In this document: in pieces, positions 38,087 to 47,713 of the stretch | How positions within the stretch are numbered: the stretch's first letter is position 1 | Layout of the letters: each line of letters starts with the position of its first letter | Origin: an uncultured Armatimonadetes bacterium | GTDB lineage: Bacteria; Armatimonadota; Hebobacteria; Hebobacterales; Hebobacteraceae | DNA: 64,000 nt | Direction: 5' to 3' | NCBI GenBank assembly: GCA_963716175.1 | Contig: OY970296.1 | Span: 256,001 to 320,000, forward strand | The notes under the pieces: generated by a model | What the model saw: the letters and a program-made list of their open reading frames with translations, nothing else | Databases searched by the model: none | What the model was told of the DNA's origin: nothing | Translations under genes and position numbers: made by a program

Positions 38087-39334
38087 ATGGCCACGAAGTC
38101 TGAGCCGCTTTGGGCTCTGGTCGTCGTCTGTGCGATCTGGGCGGTCGTGTCCTGGCCTGCGGCAGCTTTGGGCCAGGATGGTGCAGGGGAGGTAACCCCG
38201 CAGGAGGCCACCCCGGAACACGGTCCGGTCACAGCGCCAGCTACAGTCGCGTCGGAGTACACGATCCAGCCTGGAGACACCCTTCAAGTGACGGTGCTCG
38301 GCATGCCGGATTGCTCGGGCTCGTTTCTGGTGCGTCCAGAAGGCACCATCTTGGTGCAGAACGAGATGCTCGGTTCGGTGGCCGTGGCCGGCTCTACGGT
38401 TGCCGACGCCGGCAAGCTGCTGACCAGCCGCATCGGCGAGTACGTCAAAGACCCCACGGTGATCCTGTCCATAGCTCGTTTCCGGGTAACGGTAGTGGGC
38501 CTGGTGCGCGAGCCTGGGCAGTACGAAGTCGCGTCGGGCGCCCGTCTGTCCGAGGTGGTGGAGAAAGCGGGTGGGGCCACAGACGAGAGCCGGGACCTGA
38601 ACCGGGTTTACGTCACGAAGGCCTCCGGCAGCGAACTGCAGTTCGATCTCAGGGCGTTCAAGCAGCAGGGCGACCAGAGCCAGAACCCGCTGCTGGAGCC
38701 CGGTGACCGCGTCTCGGTAGGCAAACCCGTTACTGGCAGGTCTGAGGAGTTCCGGGTTACAGGTGCAGTGACCAAGCCAGGTGCGTACCCCTTGGGCGGC
38801 GGCGTCACGCGCATCTCAGACGCGGTTTCCAGCGCGGGGCGATGGACGGCGGATGCCAACCCCAGGGCGGCCCGGCTGATCCGGAAAGATGGCACCACAG
38901 TCGTGGTCGACATTACCCAACTGGACAGCCACTCGGGCAGCGAGCAAGACCTGGAACTCCGGGACGGGGACGAACTGCTCGTCCCGCGGAACACCGCCAT
39001 GGTGAACGTGCTTGGCGGAGTGAGAAAGCCGGGCCAGTACTACGTGGCCCCCGGGACTAGCCTGCTGGAGGTGATAACCACGGCTGGAGGACTGGAGGAG
39101 GGGGCAATCTTGAGCCAGTGCGCGGTGATCCGTGGCCAACCCCAGGCCAAGAGAATCCCCGTAGACCTCGAACGGCTGATGAAACAGGGGGACATGTCCC
39201 AGAACCCTCAGGTTCAGGACCGGGACGTGGTCTTTGTACCGGTGCGTGCGCCAGCGCGGGCGGGCACCAGGGGCACGTTTGATGCCATCGCCGACAACAT
39301 ATGGCGCTACCTCTGGGTATTTGGCGTCTTCTAG
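38087..39334 (+). CDS. wza: Polysaccharide export protein (Poly_export + multiple SLBB domains)
   Basis: Signal peptide; YTIQPGDTL, VRPEGTI, and repeated V.G.V..PG.Y SLBB motifs. Confidence 0.85.
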   Translation: MATKSEPLWALVVVCAIWAVVSWPAAALGQDGAGEVTPQEATPEHGPVTAPATVASEYTIQPGDTLQVTVLGMPDCSGSFLVRPEGTILVQNEMLGSVAVAGSTVADAGKLLTSRIGEYVKDPTVILSIARFRVTVVGLVREPGQYEVASGARLSEVVEKAGGATDESRDLNRVYVTKASGSELQFDLRAFKQQGDQSQNPLLEPGDRVSVGKPVTGRSEEFRVTGAVTKPGAYPLGGGVTRISDAVSSAGRWTADANPRAARLIRKDGTTVVVDITQLDSHSGSEQDLELRDGDELLVPRNTAMVNVLGGVRKPGQYYVAPGTSLLEVITTAGGLEEGAILSQCAVIRGQPQAKRIPVDLERLMKQGDMSQNPQVQDRDVVFVPVRAPARAGTRGTFDAIADNIWRYLWVFGVF

Positions 39335-39368
39335 CACTGCAGATTAGGAACGAGAGGGCCCGGAAATC

Positions 39369-42133
39369 ATGACTGCCCGCGAATTCTGGCGTATCTATCG
39401 GGAGATCTGCCGCAGGCGTTGGCTCGGCCTCTCCATTTTCGGTGCGAGCTTCGGCACAGTGCTCCTTGGCTGCATCGTCATGCCCCGGTACTACCGGGCC
39501 TCCGCCTACGTCATGCCCTCGGAAGTGGCCCTCAGCAGGCCCCTCATTCCGGGAGCTGCATCGGTCTCTGGTCAGGCCCCTGAGCGAGCCATTGATGCTC
39601 GCACCAGAGAGGAGCAGATGGCAACCTTGATGGGTCTCGCCGAAACCTCGGAGGTGCGGCAGAGGGCCATCAAGTCGCTAGGCCTGAACGCGACACCAGA
39701 GGAGTTGGCGAGGGCAGTCAACGTCGAACCCGGATCCGGGAGCATCATCAAAATCGAGCGCGGTGTCACGTACGCCGGCCGAGGCAGTGTCGCTGGCCAA
39801 CACCATCGCCCATCAGTTTGCGGCATACTACGAGGATCTCCGGAGCGTTCAGGCCAGGCTGAACCGCGAGTTCCTTCAGGGTGAGGTGGCGCAGGCTGAG
39901 GCTGAGAGGCAGCGCGCGAAGTCCAATCTGCAGGCGTTCAAGGGCCGCGCGGGCGAAGCCGCTCTGCCGCCGGGCTCGGATAGGAATCCGTTTCTCTCGC
40001 AATTCTACGCGCTCCGCGCTCAGATTGATGACACCCGATCGCGTCTGGAGTCGGTCGAGGGCCGCCTTCGGGTCGCTCGTGGTGAGTTGGACAGGCAGTC
40101 GCCGACTCGGCAGACCGAGACCAGCACCAGCGATAATCTGGTAACCCAGCAGCTTCAGGACGAGCTCGCGAGGCTGGAGAAGGAGCTGGTCTCCGCCCAG
40201 AGCCGGTATACAGAGAAGCATCCGAAAGTCCGAGATCTGAAGGCCCAGATCGCCGGCATCCGGGGGCGGCTGTCGCGCCAAGACGACAGGATGGTCAGCA
40301 ACCGGACCATCCAGGCCAACCCCGTCTACGAGAAGCTTGGCAATGAGATCGTGGACCTGAGCGGCGAGCGAGCAGCCCTGGCCTCCCAGCTCGGGGCGCT
40401 GACGAAGGCGATGGCGGCCAACGAGGAGCGGGCAGGACGCCTGGCCGATAGCTCGGTGCTGCTGACCGCTAAGACCCGCGAATACGATGATGCCCAGGAC
40501 AGATATCGCGCGTCTGAAGACGATCCTGGACCAGGCCAGGGTGGACGAGAAGGCGAGCGCGAAGGCCGCGCTGATCCAGGTTGTGGACGAAGCGAAATGG
40601 GCCACCGGCGCGGTGATGCAGAGAGGCCCTTCACCGGCCCAACTCCTGCTGGCCGGACTGGCGCTCAGCATCTGCCTAGCGTTGGGCACTATCCTTGGCC
40701 TGGCGTTCGTCGACGACAGGATCCATAGTCGTCAGGATCTGCTGCGCCAGCTCGAGCTGCCGGTACAGGCTGTGATACCGCGGCTGCAGGCTGGGAATGA
40801 CAGAACGCCGCTGGCACGTATCGCCGAACTGCAGCCGCTATCCCCTTACGCAGAGGCCTACCGCTTCCTGCGAACCGAGGTAATGCACCTCGGCGACGGC
40901 TCGCCACTTCGCACCCTCGTGGTGGCGACGGCACGGCCGGGCCACGGTGGCACCACCACCGCAGTGAACCTGGCCATCACCCTGGCCGAGGCGGGCAACC
41001 GCGTGGTCCTGGTGGACGCCGACTTGCGCAGACCCACTCTGCACAAGTTCTTCGGTCTAAGCAATGAGGCCGGCCTGACCTCTCTGCTGTCCAATGGCGC
41101 CTCAGCGGCCGAGAACGCGCTGCGACGGACATCCATGGAAAGCCTGCTGCTGCTGCCCGCGGGGCCGCCAGCCGGTAACCCGGCCGCCCTCCTCAACTCC
41201 TCCCGGATGCTCACCGTGCTGCAGCACTTGCGGGAGCACTCCGATTACGTGGTGATCGACACCCCTTCGGCCGCGACCTTCGCGGACGCGGCTGTGGTTG
41301 GCCGACTGGTGGACGGCGTGATCATGGTGATCCGCGCCAACGAGTCGGTGCGAGAGGCGGAGTATCAGACGATCCAGCTGTTCAACAAGGTGGGAGCGAA
41401 ACTCGTCGGGCTGGTTCTGAACAGCGCCCTGCCCTCCAGCGTGGACAGCTACTACTTCCACAACCACTACTACCCCACTGCTACCCCGACCCGGGACGAC
41501 CGCACGCGCATCGGCCCCGGCGATAGCGCCGCCGCGCTTCCCAACCCGCAGCCGGAGAAGGCACCGGCATGGCAGTACTCGCGGCCCAAGAGCCGACGCC
41601 CCGAGAGTACGGCGATGGTGGTCAGGATCCCCGATTGGGTCGGCTCACCCGGGGGCTCGCCAGCTGCAGACTCACACGTCGGCGCGCCCAGAGCGCGGCC
41701 GCAGCCCGCTCCCCGCGCAAGCGTGGCAGCCCATCGCGGCCGGCGCATGGCTCGCGCCACGATCGCGAGCGCGGTCGCGCTGGTGGCGCTGGCGGCCCTC
41801 TCGGCCCGCGTTGTGCTTCCCCGCGGCTCCGGGTCAGCGAAGCCGAAAGCCGCGACGGCTCCCGCCGTCCGGCCGGGCACCGCAGCCCTGACAGTGACGG
41901 CAACCGTGAAGGCGCCGGTGGAGGTACGGGTGGATCGGGATGGGACGCTGCTGTACGAGGGCCCTCTGGCGGTCGGGCAGCAGGTGTGGCAGGCCTCTCA
42001 GATGATCACACTCTGGGCGAGCCGCCCGGCGGCTGTCGACCTGGCGGTGAACGGGCGGCCCGTGGGGCCGCTGGGGCGCGACGGCAACCCGCCGCGCTGG
42101 AGGCGGTTCACGGCCAAGGATGGAGCGGCGGAG
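39369..42133 (+). CDS. wzc: Wzc/GumC chain-length regulator with BY-kinase-like domain, extended by TM + DUF4115 (RodZ-C)-like domain; frameshifts at ~39757 and ~40507
   Basis: N-terminal TM and YRASA; coiled coil with YTEKHPKV; second TM; AEAYRFLRT, VDADLRRP, VIDTP and YYFHNHYY. Two 1-nt insertions split it over three ORFs. The 3' end is uncertain. Confidence 0.78.
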
Positions 42134-43552
42134 ATGAGCCAATCTCGGGGCGGAGCCGTCGCTGCCGAGGGCAGTGCCAGGCGCAGTCGGGCGGGCAGTG
42201 ATAGTGGCCCGGCCCTGCAGATAGGCCTCAGCTCGGCAAAGCGGCGAATGCTCCGGCGCATCGAGCGCCGTCAGGCGCGGGTGGGGGTGTTCGGGGCCGG
42301 CTATGTGGGAATGGCGGTGGCCCTGGAAGCCGCTCGCGTGGGGTTCACTGTCACCTGCTTCGACATTGACCAGGAGAGAGTGCGAGCGGTGAACGAGGGC
42401 CGGTCGTACCTGGACGATGTTCGGGATGAGGCCCTGCAGCAGTTCCGCCAGGCCGGACGGCTTGAGGCGAAGAGCGAGTTCTCAAGCTTGGCCCGAACCG
42501 AGGTGATGATCATCTGCGTCCCTACTCCGCTGACTCCGTCGAAGGAGCCGGATCTCTCGGCGATAGAGATGTCTGCGGCCGAAGTGAAGCGTCATCTCCG
42601 ACCGGGTCGGCTCGTGGTCTTGGAGAGTACGACCTACCCGGGAACGACCGAGGAGGTGTTGCGTCCCAGGCTCGAGAGCACCGGCCTCAGAGCGGGAAAG
42701 GACTTCTGGCTGGCGTTTTCGCCGGAACGCATTGACCCCGGCAACAAGAGGCACACCTTTCGCACCACCCCCAAGATAGTCGGCGGGGTGGATCCCGATT
42801 CCACGGCGGTGGCTGGGGCGTTCTATGAGACGCTGGTGGATCAGGTGATCCGGGTGTCTTCTGCTGCCACCGCGGAGATGATCAAGATCTACGAGAACGT
42901 GTTTCGCAACATCAACATCGCCTTCGCCAACGAAGTCGCGCAATTGTGCGACCGGATGGGGTTGGACGTCTGGGAGGTGATTGACGGCGCAGCCACCAAA
43001 CCCTTCGGGTTCATGCCGTTCTACCCAGGTCCTGGCCTTGGCGGTCACTGCATCCCCATTGATCCCTACTACCTGTCCTGGAAAGCGCGGCAGCACGATT
43101 TCGAGGTGAAGTTCATCAACGTGGCGGCTGACCTGAACGCAAACATGCCCTACTATGTGCTGTCGCGGGTGACCAGGGCTTTCAACGAGCAGGGCAAAAG
43201 CGTGAAGGGATCGCGCATTCTCGTGCTCGGCGCGGCCTACAAGCCCAACGTCTCCGATACCCGCGAGTCGCCCGCATACAAGCTGATCCCGCTGCTGCAG
43301 AAGGCGGGCGCCAAGGTCACGTATCACGACCCGCATGTCCCGGAGCTGACGGTGGCGAACGGCGCTCCACAGCGCTTGCGCTCGGTGGCGCTGAGCGAGC
43401 AGGCGGTGTCAGGCGCGGACTGTGTGCTGATCCTGACCGATCACCAGTGCTACGACTACCAGATGATCTTGCGCGAAGCACGGCTGATCGTTGATACCCG
43501 AAACGCGCTGGGCCTGAAGAACGGCCACCCGGACAAGGTCGTGCGGCTCTAG
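42134..43552 (+). CDS. Nucleotide-sugar dehydrogenase (UDP-GlcNAc 6-dehydrogenase WbpA/WecC-like)
   Basis: GAGYVG, ICVPTPL, LESTTYPGTT, FSPERIDPG, GPGLGGHCIPIDP and RESP; own ATG at 42134 preceded by GGAG. Confidence 0.9.
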   Translation: MSQSRGGAVAAEGSARRSRAGSDSGPALQIGLSSAKRRMLRRIERRQARVGVFGAGYVGMAVALEAARVGFTVTCFDIDQERVRAVNEGRSYLDDVRDEALQQFRQAGRLEAKSEFSSLARTEVMIICVPTPLTPSKEPDLSAIEMSAAEVKRHLRPGRLVVLESTTYPGTTEEVLRPRLESTGLRAGKDFWLAFSPERIDPGNKRHTFRTTPKIVGGVDPDSTAVAGAFYETLVDQVIRVSSAATAEMIKIYENVFRNINIAFANEVAQLCDRMGLDVWEVIDGAATKPFGFMPFYPGPGLGGHCIPIDPYYLSWKARQHDFEVKFINVAADLNANMPYYVLSRVTRAFNEQGKSVKGSRILVLGAAYKPNVSDTRESPAYKLIPLLQKAGAKVTYHDPHVPELTVANGAPQRLRSVALSEQAVSGADCVLILTDHQCYDYQMILREARLIVDTRNALGLKNGHPDKVVRL

Positions 43553-43565
43553 GCGGGGACGGCTG

Positions 43566-44501
43566 ATGCTGAACGCACTGACAATTGACCTCGAGGACTG
43601 GTTCCAGGTCTCAAACCTGGAGCACCTCATCCCATACCAGGAATGGGGTAGCCGGCCGCCGCGGCTGGCCGAGAACACCCGCCGCCTGCTCGAGCTACTG
43701 GCAAAGGCTGACGCCCGGGCCACCTTCTTCGTGCTTGGCTGGAACGCAGCGCGCTTTCCGCAGCTAGTGCGGGAGATCAAAGCAGCCGGACACGAGATCG
43801 GCAGCCATGGGTACGCGCATCGGTTGGTGTACCAGCAAGCACCCGAGCAGTTCGCCTTCGATCTGGCGCTGGCTACGAACGCGATCGGGGAGGCCAGCGG
43901 GGTCCGGCCCTGCTGCTACCGCGCACCTTCGTTCTCTATCACGCCTCGCTCGGCGTGGGCACTGCAAGCGTTGGTGGCGGCGGGCTTCGAGGTGGACTCC
44001 AGCGTCTTCCCAATCTTCCACGAGCGCTACGGGTTCTGCGGAGCGCCGCGGCTTCCGCACCGGATTCGGGTGAACGGCGCCGCCTCGCTCGTGGAAGCCC
44101 CTCCCTCCACGGTGCGACTGGCTGGCCGCAACTTCCCGTTCGCGGGAGGTGCGTACTTCCGCCTTCTGCCGTACTGGGCCGTCAAGCGACTCTGCCAACT
44201 GCTCAATGGTCGCGGCGAGCCGATCATCTTCTATCTACATCCCTGGGAGCTTGACCCGTGCATCCCGCGGTTCCGGCTTTCGCCCTTCCGCTTCCTACGA
44301 AGCTACGCGAACCTACACCAGACGGAGGACCGCTTGACGAGACTGCTCCGGGACTTCAGATTCGGGACCCTGTCGGAGGCGTTGGCGCAGATCCCGGCCC
44401 TGGGCATATGGAATCCAGCAGAGGTGAGCTTCGGGCCTCAGGGCCAAGAGGCCACCGCCCTGGCCGCGGGCGCGCGGTCCAGAGCAAGTGCCGCGAGATA
44501 G
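43566..44501 (+). CDS. Polysaccharide deacetylase, PEP-CTERM-locus subfamily (DUF3473)
   Basis: NALTIDLEDWFQ, ATFFVLGW, HEIGSHGYAH, YRAPSFSI, GGAYFR and FYLHPWE. Confidence 0.92.
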   Translation: MLNALTIDLEDWFQVSNLEHLIPYQEWGSRPPRLAENTRRLLELLAKADARATFFVLGWNAARFPQLVREIKAAGHEIGSHGYAHRLVYQQAPEQFAFDLALATNAIGEASGVRPCCYRAPSFSITPRSAWALQALVAAGFEVDSSVFPIFHERYGFCGAPRLPHRIRVNGAASLVEAPPSTVRLAGRNFPFAGGAYFRLLPYWAVKRLCQLLNGRGEPIIFYLHPWELDPCIPRFRLSPFRFLRSYANLHQTEDRLTRLLRDFRFGTLSEALAQIPALGIWNPAEVSFGPQGQEATALAAGARSRASAAR

Positions 44502-44519
44502 CGCGATAGGGGTGCAGTC

Positions 44520-45566
44520 ATGGCAGGGATAAGTGAGCGCATACATCCGCAGCCGACGGCCGGCGATGCTGCGCGTCGGAGGAAGAAGACCCGGACCCGG
44601 GAAGGGCGCCCCCGGCACGTGATCATTGTTGGGGCCGGCGCTGGCGGCCAGGAGATCGCGCGGGAACTGGCGCGTGCGAACGGCAAGTTCGAGGTGGTGG
44701 GGTTTGTGGACGACAACGACGGCCACGCGGGCGCGGACCAAATCCCCATCCTGGGGGGGTTCAACGAAGTCTTGGATGTAGCGGAGTCTTACCAGGCAGA
44801 CGAAGTGATCGTCGCTTACATGCCCAACTGGCAAGAGGAACTGGTGAAGCGGGCCGCCCGGAGTCCGGCTCTGGGTGCGCTGCAGATCAAAGTGCTGCCT
44901 GGCTTCTACGACGCGGCTGTGAGCGCCTGTCAGATCGAGCGGATTGAGGACATCCCGCTGGTGAGGCTAACTGGGGCTGAGCCCACACGCCTGTTCATGG
45001 CGGCAAAGCGCGCCTTCGACATCTTCTTCAGCCTAGTCATGCTGCTGGTCTCTCTGCCTGTGATGGCAATCGCGATGCTCGCCATCAAGCTCACCTCCCG
45101 CGGGCCAGCGTTCTATCTCCAGGAGCGGATCGGACGAGGAGGGAAGCCGTTCCGCATCCGCAAGCTGCGGACCATGGTTGTGGATGCCGAACGTGATACT
45201 GGGCCCGTTCTGGCGCACGAGTACGACGAGCGCGTTACGCCCGTTGGGCGCTTCCTGCGGCAGACGCGCATAGACGAGATTCCCCAGTTCTGGAACGTGC
45301 TGGTGGGCGAGATGAGCGTGGTGGGTCCCCGCCCGGAGCGGCCGGAATTCGGGCTCGAGTTTGCGGCCTCCATCCCCGCCTATCACGAGCGCCACAAGGT
45401 CCGCCCCGGGATCACAGGGCTGGCGCAGGTGTACGGCGACTATCTGACCAGCGTCTATCACAAGCTGCGCTATGACTGGCTCTACATCCGGCGCCTGTCG
45501 CTTCTCCTCGACTTGCGGATCCTGCTGTTGACCGCTGGGACAGTGCTCAGCCGGAAGGGCACGTAG
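44520..45566 (+). CDS. Priming sugar-phosphate transferase (WcaJ/WbaP family)
   Basis: IVGAG CoA-binding-like domain; KRAFDI, KLRTM, RIDEIPQFWNVLVGEMSVVGPRPE and PGITGLAQV. Confidence 0.93.
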   Translation: MAGISERIHPQPTAGDAARRRKKTRTREGRPRHVIIVGAGAGGQEIARELARANGKFEVVGFVDDNDGHAGADQIPILGGFNEVLDVAESYQADEVIVAYMPNWQEELVKRAARSPALGALQIKVLPGFYDAAVSACQIERIEDIPLVRLTGAEPTRLFMAAKRAFDIFFSLVMLLVSLPVMAIAMLAIKLTSRGPAFYLQERIGRGGKPFRIRKLRTMVVDAERDTGPVLAHEYDERVTPVGRFLRQTRIDEIPQFWNVLVGEMSVVGPRPERPEFGLEFAASIPAYHERHKVRPGITGLAQVYGDYLTSVYHKLRYDWLYIRRLSLLLDLRILLLTAGTVLSRKGT

Positions 45567-46499
45567 ATGTATCTGGTGACAGGAGGCGCAGGCTTCATCG
45601 GCTCGCACATCGTGGACGCGCTGCTGGCGGCCGGCCACCCGGTGCGGGTGCTCGACAACTTCGCCACAGGGCGGCGCGAGAACCTCGCTCCTGTCATGGA
45701 CCGGATAGAGCTGATCGAGGGGGACATCCGGGACGAGGCCGCGGTGGGTCGGGCCATGCAACGGGTGGAGTGCGTGTTCCACCAAGCGGCGCTGCCATCT
45801 GTGCCTCGGTCCATGAGCGACCCCAAGACGACCCATGAGGTGAACGCCACTGGAACGCTGAACGTGCTGATCGCGGCCCGGGACGCCGGGGTGAAGCGCG
45901 TGGTCTATGCTTCTTCCTCCTCGGTCTATGGTGACGCACCAGAGCTGCCCAAACGGGAGGATATGACACCCCGCCCCAGATCTCCGTACGCCGTGAGCAA
46001 GCTCGCCGGGGAACAGTACTGTCGGGCCTTCTGCTATGGCTATGGGCTGGAGACTGTCTGCTTGCGGTACTTCAACGTGTTTGGGCCGCGCCAGGCCCCG
46101 GACTCGCAGTACGCGGCGGCGATACCACTCTTCATCGCCTCTCTCCTGAACGGCAATCATGTCCGGATCTACGGCGACGGGCGTCAGACCAGGGACTTCA
46201 CCTTCGTCGCCAACGTGGTTCAGGCCAACCTGCTGGCGGCGACAGCGCCCAAGGCAGCAGGCGCGGTCTGCAATATCGCCGGCGGGGCACAGACCAGCCT
46301 ACTCGCACTGCTCTCAGCACTGGAGGAGCTCACCGGGAAGCAGGCCGATCCCGTGCATGAGCCCCCGCGGCCGGGGGATGTCCGCGACTCCCTGGCCGAT
46401 CTGCAGGCAGCGAAGCAGATACTGGGCTACCAGGTAACGACGCCTCTCTTGGACGGGCTGCGGGAGACAGTGCGGTGGTTTCAGTCAGCAGTTTGCTGA
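45567..46499 (+). CDS. NAD-dependent epimerase (WbpP/TviC-like UDP-HexNAc(A) 4-epimerase)
   Basis: TGGAGFIGSH, HQAALPSVPRS, SPYAVSK, LRYFNVFGPRQ and GDGRQTRDFT. Confidence 0.92.
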   Translation: MYLVTGGAGFIGSHIVDALLAAGHPVRVLDNFATGRRENLAPVMDRIELIEGDIRDEAAVGRAMQRVECVFHQAALPSVPRSMSDPKTTHEVNATGTLNVLIAARDAGVKRVVYASSSSVYGDAPELPKREDMTPRPRSPYAVSKLAGEQYCRAFCYGYGLETVCLRYFNVFGPRQAPDSQYAAAIPLFIASLLNGNHVRIYGDGRQTRDFTFVANVVQANLLAATAPKAAGAVCNIAGGAQTSLLALLSALEELTGKQADPVHEPPRPGDVRDSLADLQAAKQILGYQVTTPLLDGLRETVRWFQSAVC

Positions 46500-47689
46500 G
46501 GGCCATCGCCAGCATTCCCGGTCGGGTATTGGGTAGCGCCGAGTCCCGCGGGCGCAACACGGAACCTGAGAGATCCGATCTGGTCTACCTGAACCGGCTC
46601 CCGCGCAGGTTCATGACCGACATCCCCGCCCAACGCAGCGACGGCACCTGGGCGCAGCACACGACCATGATACCTCCTCCGGCAGCACTCTATCGGCTCT
46701 CGCGCCGGGTGCAGGGGACTTGCTGGGGCCGCGCGGTTGGCGCAGTCTTGGCGATCGCCTGGGGTCTCCGCTTGCTCCGGGTACGTCGCCGCTTCCCTGC
46801 CGCCATAACCAGCGGGGCCGGGGCCGGGGTGGTGTTCGGGATGCTGCAAGCTGTGGTCGGGCTTGGTCGCATTCCCCATGTCATGATGGACTGCCTGTGG
46901 TACCGCGAGCGAGGGCTGCCCCGGCGGCTCCTCGCCCGCATCAAGTTCGCTTCACTGGCTCGGTCGGTCTCGTGCTTTGTGGTGTGGGCGTCGGGCGAGG
47001 TAGATGACTATGCCGGGGAACTCGGGGTGCCGCGGCATAAACTGGTCTTTGTCCCTTACCACCATACCCTGGAGGGGTATGCCTTCACCATCGAAGATGG
47101 CGGGTACGTGTTTGCCGGAGGCGATGGAGATCGCGACTACGCCACCCTGGTCGAGGCCGTGCGCGGCCTGCAAGTGCCAGTGCTGATAGGCACCCGCCTG
47201 CCATCCTGGCATGGCCGCAGCGATTTGCCCCCCAACATCACGGTCCGGAGCTTCGATGCTGCGGGATTCCGTCAGGCCATGGCGGGAGCGCGGGTGGTGG
47301 TTGTTCCGATGCAAGGCGGGCTGCTGCATGCCGGAGGCCAGCAGACCTACCTGAACGCGATGCGCATGGGGAAGCCTGTGATAGTCTGCGACGATCGCGG
47401 CGCACGCGATTACATAGACGATGGCGTCACTGGTCTGATCGTGCCACCAGGTCGGCCTCAGGAGCTGCGCCAGGCCATGCTGAAGCTGCTGGGCGATGGT
47501 TCACTGCGAGCAGAGCTAGGGCGCCGGGCATCGTTCAGCATTGATCAGAGACGCCTCAGCACTGAAGACAGCGTGCGGCGGGTGATTGGCCTTGCCAGGC
47601 GGCTCCTCCAGTCACCGCGTCGAGCTGGTGCTGGGAAAGTGAGCATGGTCTCAGGAGACGGCCCGGCTGGGACTATCGCTGGGCCCTGA
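46475..47689 (+). CDS. Glycosyltransferase family 4-like
   Basis: GDRDYATL, VVVP, GQQTYLNAMRMGKPVI and GVTGLIVPP; start uncertain. Confidence 0.8.
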   Translation: MVSVSSLLRAIASIPGRVLGSAESRGRNTEPERSDLVYLNRLPRRFMTDIPAQRSDGTWAQHTTMIPPPAALYRLSRRVQGTCWGRAVGAVLAIAWGLRLLRVRRRFPAAITSGAGAGVVFGMLQAVVGLGRIPHVMMDCLWYRERGLPRRLLARIKFASLARSVSCFVVWASGEVDDYAGELGVPRHKLVFVPYHHTLEGYAFTIEDGGYVFAGGDGDRDYATLVEAVRGLQVPVLIGTRLPSWHGRSDLPPNITVRSFDAAGFRQAMAGARVVVVPMQGGLLHAGGQQTYLNAMRMGKPVIVCDDRGARDYIDDGVTGLIVPPGRPQELRQAMLKLLGDGSLRAELGRRASFSIDQRRLSTEDSVRRVIGLARRLLQSPRRAGAGKVSMVSGDGPAGTIAGP

Positions 47690-47713
47690 CGCCTCTGGCC
47701 TAGGTGGCAAGCT

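Noticed and set aside
40487-43552. 1021-aa ORF fusing Wzc kinase, RodZ-like domain and nucleotide-sugar dehydrogenase
   Set aside because: It would place a cytoplasmic NAD enzyme after an extracytoplasmic domain. The dehydrogenase has its own GGAG and ATG at 42134 in an ATGA overlap context, so a one-base error probably hides the upstream TGA.
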